From: Phoronis australis
Taxonomy: Eukaryota; Animalia; Phoronida
Reading direction: 5' to 3'
NCBI GenBank assembly: GCA_002633005.1
Contig: NMRA01000144.1
Coordinates: 315,336-379,335, forward strand
Length of the DNA: 64,000 nt
The notes beneath the pieces were generated by a model. That model was not told the DNA's origin. It searched no databases and saw only the letters and a program-made list of their open reading frames with translations. The position numbers and the translations under genes are program-made. Positions 61,181 through 64,000 of the stretch are shown piece by piece (positions within the stretch are counted from its first letter, which is position 1; every line of letters starts with the position of its first letter).

Positions 61181-63505
61181 GGTCGGTCCTTGGCATTTTT
61201 TAGTTCGTCCTTAACGTTTGTGGCCATTCCTTCGGTTTTAGTGACTGCCCTTGCCATGATCCGCCTAACGAGCTTGTTTCTTAGATTTCATTTCCAGTGT
61301 CTCATTTATTTACGCTTGCGTCGTAGTTTTAGTTTTTTATCTTGATATATGTAATGGTGCATATTTTTGTTTGGCCTTCTTTTGTCTGTAGCCTTGCGTT
61401 CTGCCTGGGCCGTCTGGGGGACCTGTGTTTCATAATGACGAAGCTACAACTGCAGTATTGGATAATTTTTCCAGACTCAAGGTACATGTACAGTTAACGT
61501 TCATGACATATTGCCGCATTGGGATTAATGTGCACACAATTGTAAAGTGATGAACAGGCGGATCGAGTTTAGTCAATGACTGCGGTCACCTGTGACTGAT
61601 ATCCTGCAATAAAACTGTCACGATTCAGTGATGAAGCGATGACTTCAAGCTTGATGACGTTGCCGTGGGAAAATTGTAACGTTCTAAGACTTAAAATTTA
61701 TTGAGTCTTTAGTAACTTGCATAAATCAAACCTTTGTCGATTATTAATCAGGAATTTTTAAAATTGCCGCCATTTGATGAGTCAGTAAGCGACATATTTA
61801 GAAATTACAACGTACGTACAGATGTATGAAGAAGAGCATCAGATTGATCTGGCACTTTGCTTGTAGCAGTTTTTACACTCATACCTGAAAATATTGATGC
61901 CGGCCATGGTGAACATTGCCATTCTACAAACAAATTAGAACTGTTTCAGGTGCAGAGATGATCAGTCGTCTTTATTGGCTCCTTGTCTCATAAACATCGT
62001 TGTCTGAGGGTTAGTTATGGTCTTTGATATTGACAATTTCTTCTCCAAGCTCTAAACACCAAATGTGTGGAATGGCATGCAGGAACTTGGCGTTGTTAGT
62101 GTTTTGATGGTTCCAGTGACCAACCGAGCGGCAAGTAGTGGATATTATTGGGTGTGATACTAGTCTGTTGTTTACGGTGTCAGGTCAAGAAACTATCAAT
62201 CTCAACGCCTCATAGCTAAAGTTCGAAATTATATTTCCGCGAGAACATATAACGTTTGATTTTACCACGCCGTCAGTAATTCCACAAGAATTTTTACTTT
62301 GTTCTAATTCCACGCAATTCATAAGTAGCCAACAATCAGTGGCATAAGTTTCCATCAGCCAATAAAGATGATTGGCTGTGGGTGAAATAGCCCTAGTTTC
62401 TTTGTACGATGGTAACCTTACATTCTCAGGTATGAGAAGTTCTGCGTGAAAACTGCGGCTACAAACGGAGTGGTGCACTTCCTCTTTTGTGGGCTTCACG
62501 TCAAGTAGCGTAGCTGTATATCGCACCATAATTCCACACCCAGGAATGGTTAGGTGCTGAAATGCCTCATTCTGTGGACTCATGGAGATGGACAGTCAGG
62601 ATTGGGCAGGGAACGTCGTAGCAACGTCAGAGGCCCCCGGGCACAGTAGTGCATTGATTGAGGCTCCTACCAGAGCAACTATATAACTTCTAAGCATATA
62701 TATTCGCACTCGGCATGCGGGCCACAGTATCAGTGTCGAGTCCAACAAAGTATGTCACAACAAAACGTGATATCTAACTCTATTTTTAATTGTAGAAACC
62801 GGTTGCAATCTTGGCAAGGAAGATTTTGAAACTAATTCATCAGATATATTATATTCACGGTGAGAGATGCGCTTTGTCTATAAGCCTAGGTCGTCTTTAG
62901 TCTGGTAAGAAAGATAAGCCGATTTGATAATACAGTTTTGTGTTGATTTTTCATTTTCAGGATTGCACTGTTTTTTGTTGACGCACAAATTTAACCTTTA
63001 TGATGCCGCCTCAAGAAAGCTTGTTTTTCTCATTATTCAATTACTAAAAGCACGCGCAAGCATGTTCGTGACGCAAATTCCCAAAGGTTCGATTAAACCT
63101 CTTAGAATATTACCCCAATATTAGGTAAGTGTAAGTATCATCATATTCGCATTTAATCGTAATTTTTGTACGTACAGTATGCAGTAAACGTCGGAATGAC
63201 GAATTGTGCAATACATGTGGGAGACATCATTACGAAGTAATTCTGTTTTCACATTCGATGTTCACTCTAGGACCGCACCTTCACTTAATTGACCATTAAT
63301 ATACGACAATGTGAATGTCACAAGCAGAAATTAAACTTTGGATTTTGATTTGTGAGAAACTAATAGATTTTATCTCTACTGTAACCAGGGTTTCAAAAAT
63401 ATGTTTTGTTGGACCATAGGTGTTATGCTGTATTCCTTTAAGACATTCTGGGAAACCGGAAATACGCTATAATAAAATCATGCGTCCTAATAACAGGTAC
63501 TTTTA

Positions 63506-63975
63506 CAGTGGCGGATCTACGTTTTCAGTAAGGGGGGGTTTAGGATTCCCGCAAAGGTCGAATCCGAGGCGCGTGGCGCCGAGCGGGGGGGTGGAGGTCG
63601 AGAGAGGGTAAACCCCCCCTCCCGAGTAAGACAACTTTTTGTTTTTGTAGCCAAACAGTGAAATTTCCATGCATCCTGGTACTTTTCTGGCACTTGACAT
63701 GTCCCTGGAGTTTTTCTTAAGATAATTAAAAACCCTTCTCGATTTTTGGCTCATAAGTTTCGTGAAACCATATTTGTGCACATATGGGTATGAGTCACGC
63801 CACCAGCAAAAATTTTCGTTGGAACATCTGCTTACACACACCTTTTTAGCATACGAAAGAGTGTGGTGTGTATACAGGGGTTTAGACAACTACCAAACAT
63901 TGAAGAGCATAAGGAGCACCCACGGGGCGTAAAAACTTGAATATCAGATGATCGCAACAGCCTCAAGCTGTTTAA
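63506..63975 (+). mobile_element. Dispersed ~470-bp DNA-transposon end beginning CAGTGGCGGATC
   Basis: Reverse-complement match to 22024-22497; the ORF-track peptides from both copies share LTENVDPPL. Confidence 0.9.
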
Positions 63976-64000
63976 GAATGAAGACCTGTACTGTTAGTAC

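Overview
Animal genomic DNA, most likely from a marine invertebrate (spliceosomal introns, dense degraded eukaryotic transposons, no prokaryotic features). The window holds two tandem minus-strand paralogues of a very large orphan LGR/GRL101-type receptor. The right copy is complete: coding exons 54112-51440, 48115-47160 and 46598-43781 join in frame at GT-AG sites into about 2148 aa (signal peptide, about 4 CUB-like domains, 2 C-type lectin domains, about 7 LDLa modules, LRRs, hinge, rhodopsin-type 7TM, long C-tail). The left copy has the matching first two coding exons (14381-11727, 4306-3348) with the same intron positions and phases, but no LRR/7TM exon within the window. The rest is mostly decayed transposons: a Gypsy element in an intron carrying a nested Helentron-type (HINE) element and a solo LTR, an Academ with TIRs and TSD, hAT, L1/Tx1, BEL/Pao, Hero-like and other LINE fragments, SINE heads and several MITEs. 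The nested HINE carries 7-8 co-oriented, regularly spaced CTCF-consensus-like motifs. All calls were made by eye, without database searches.
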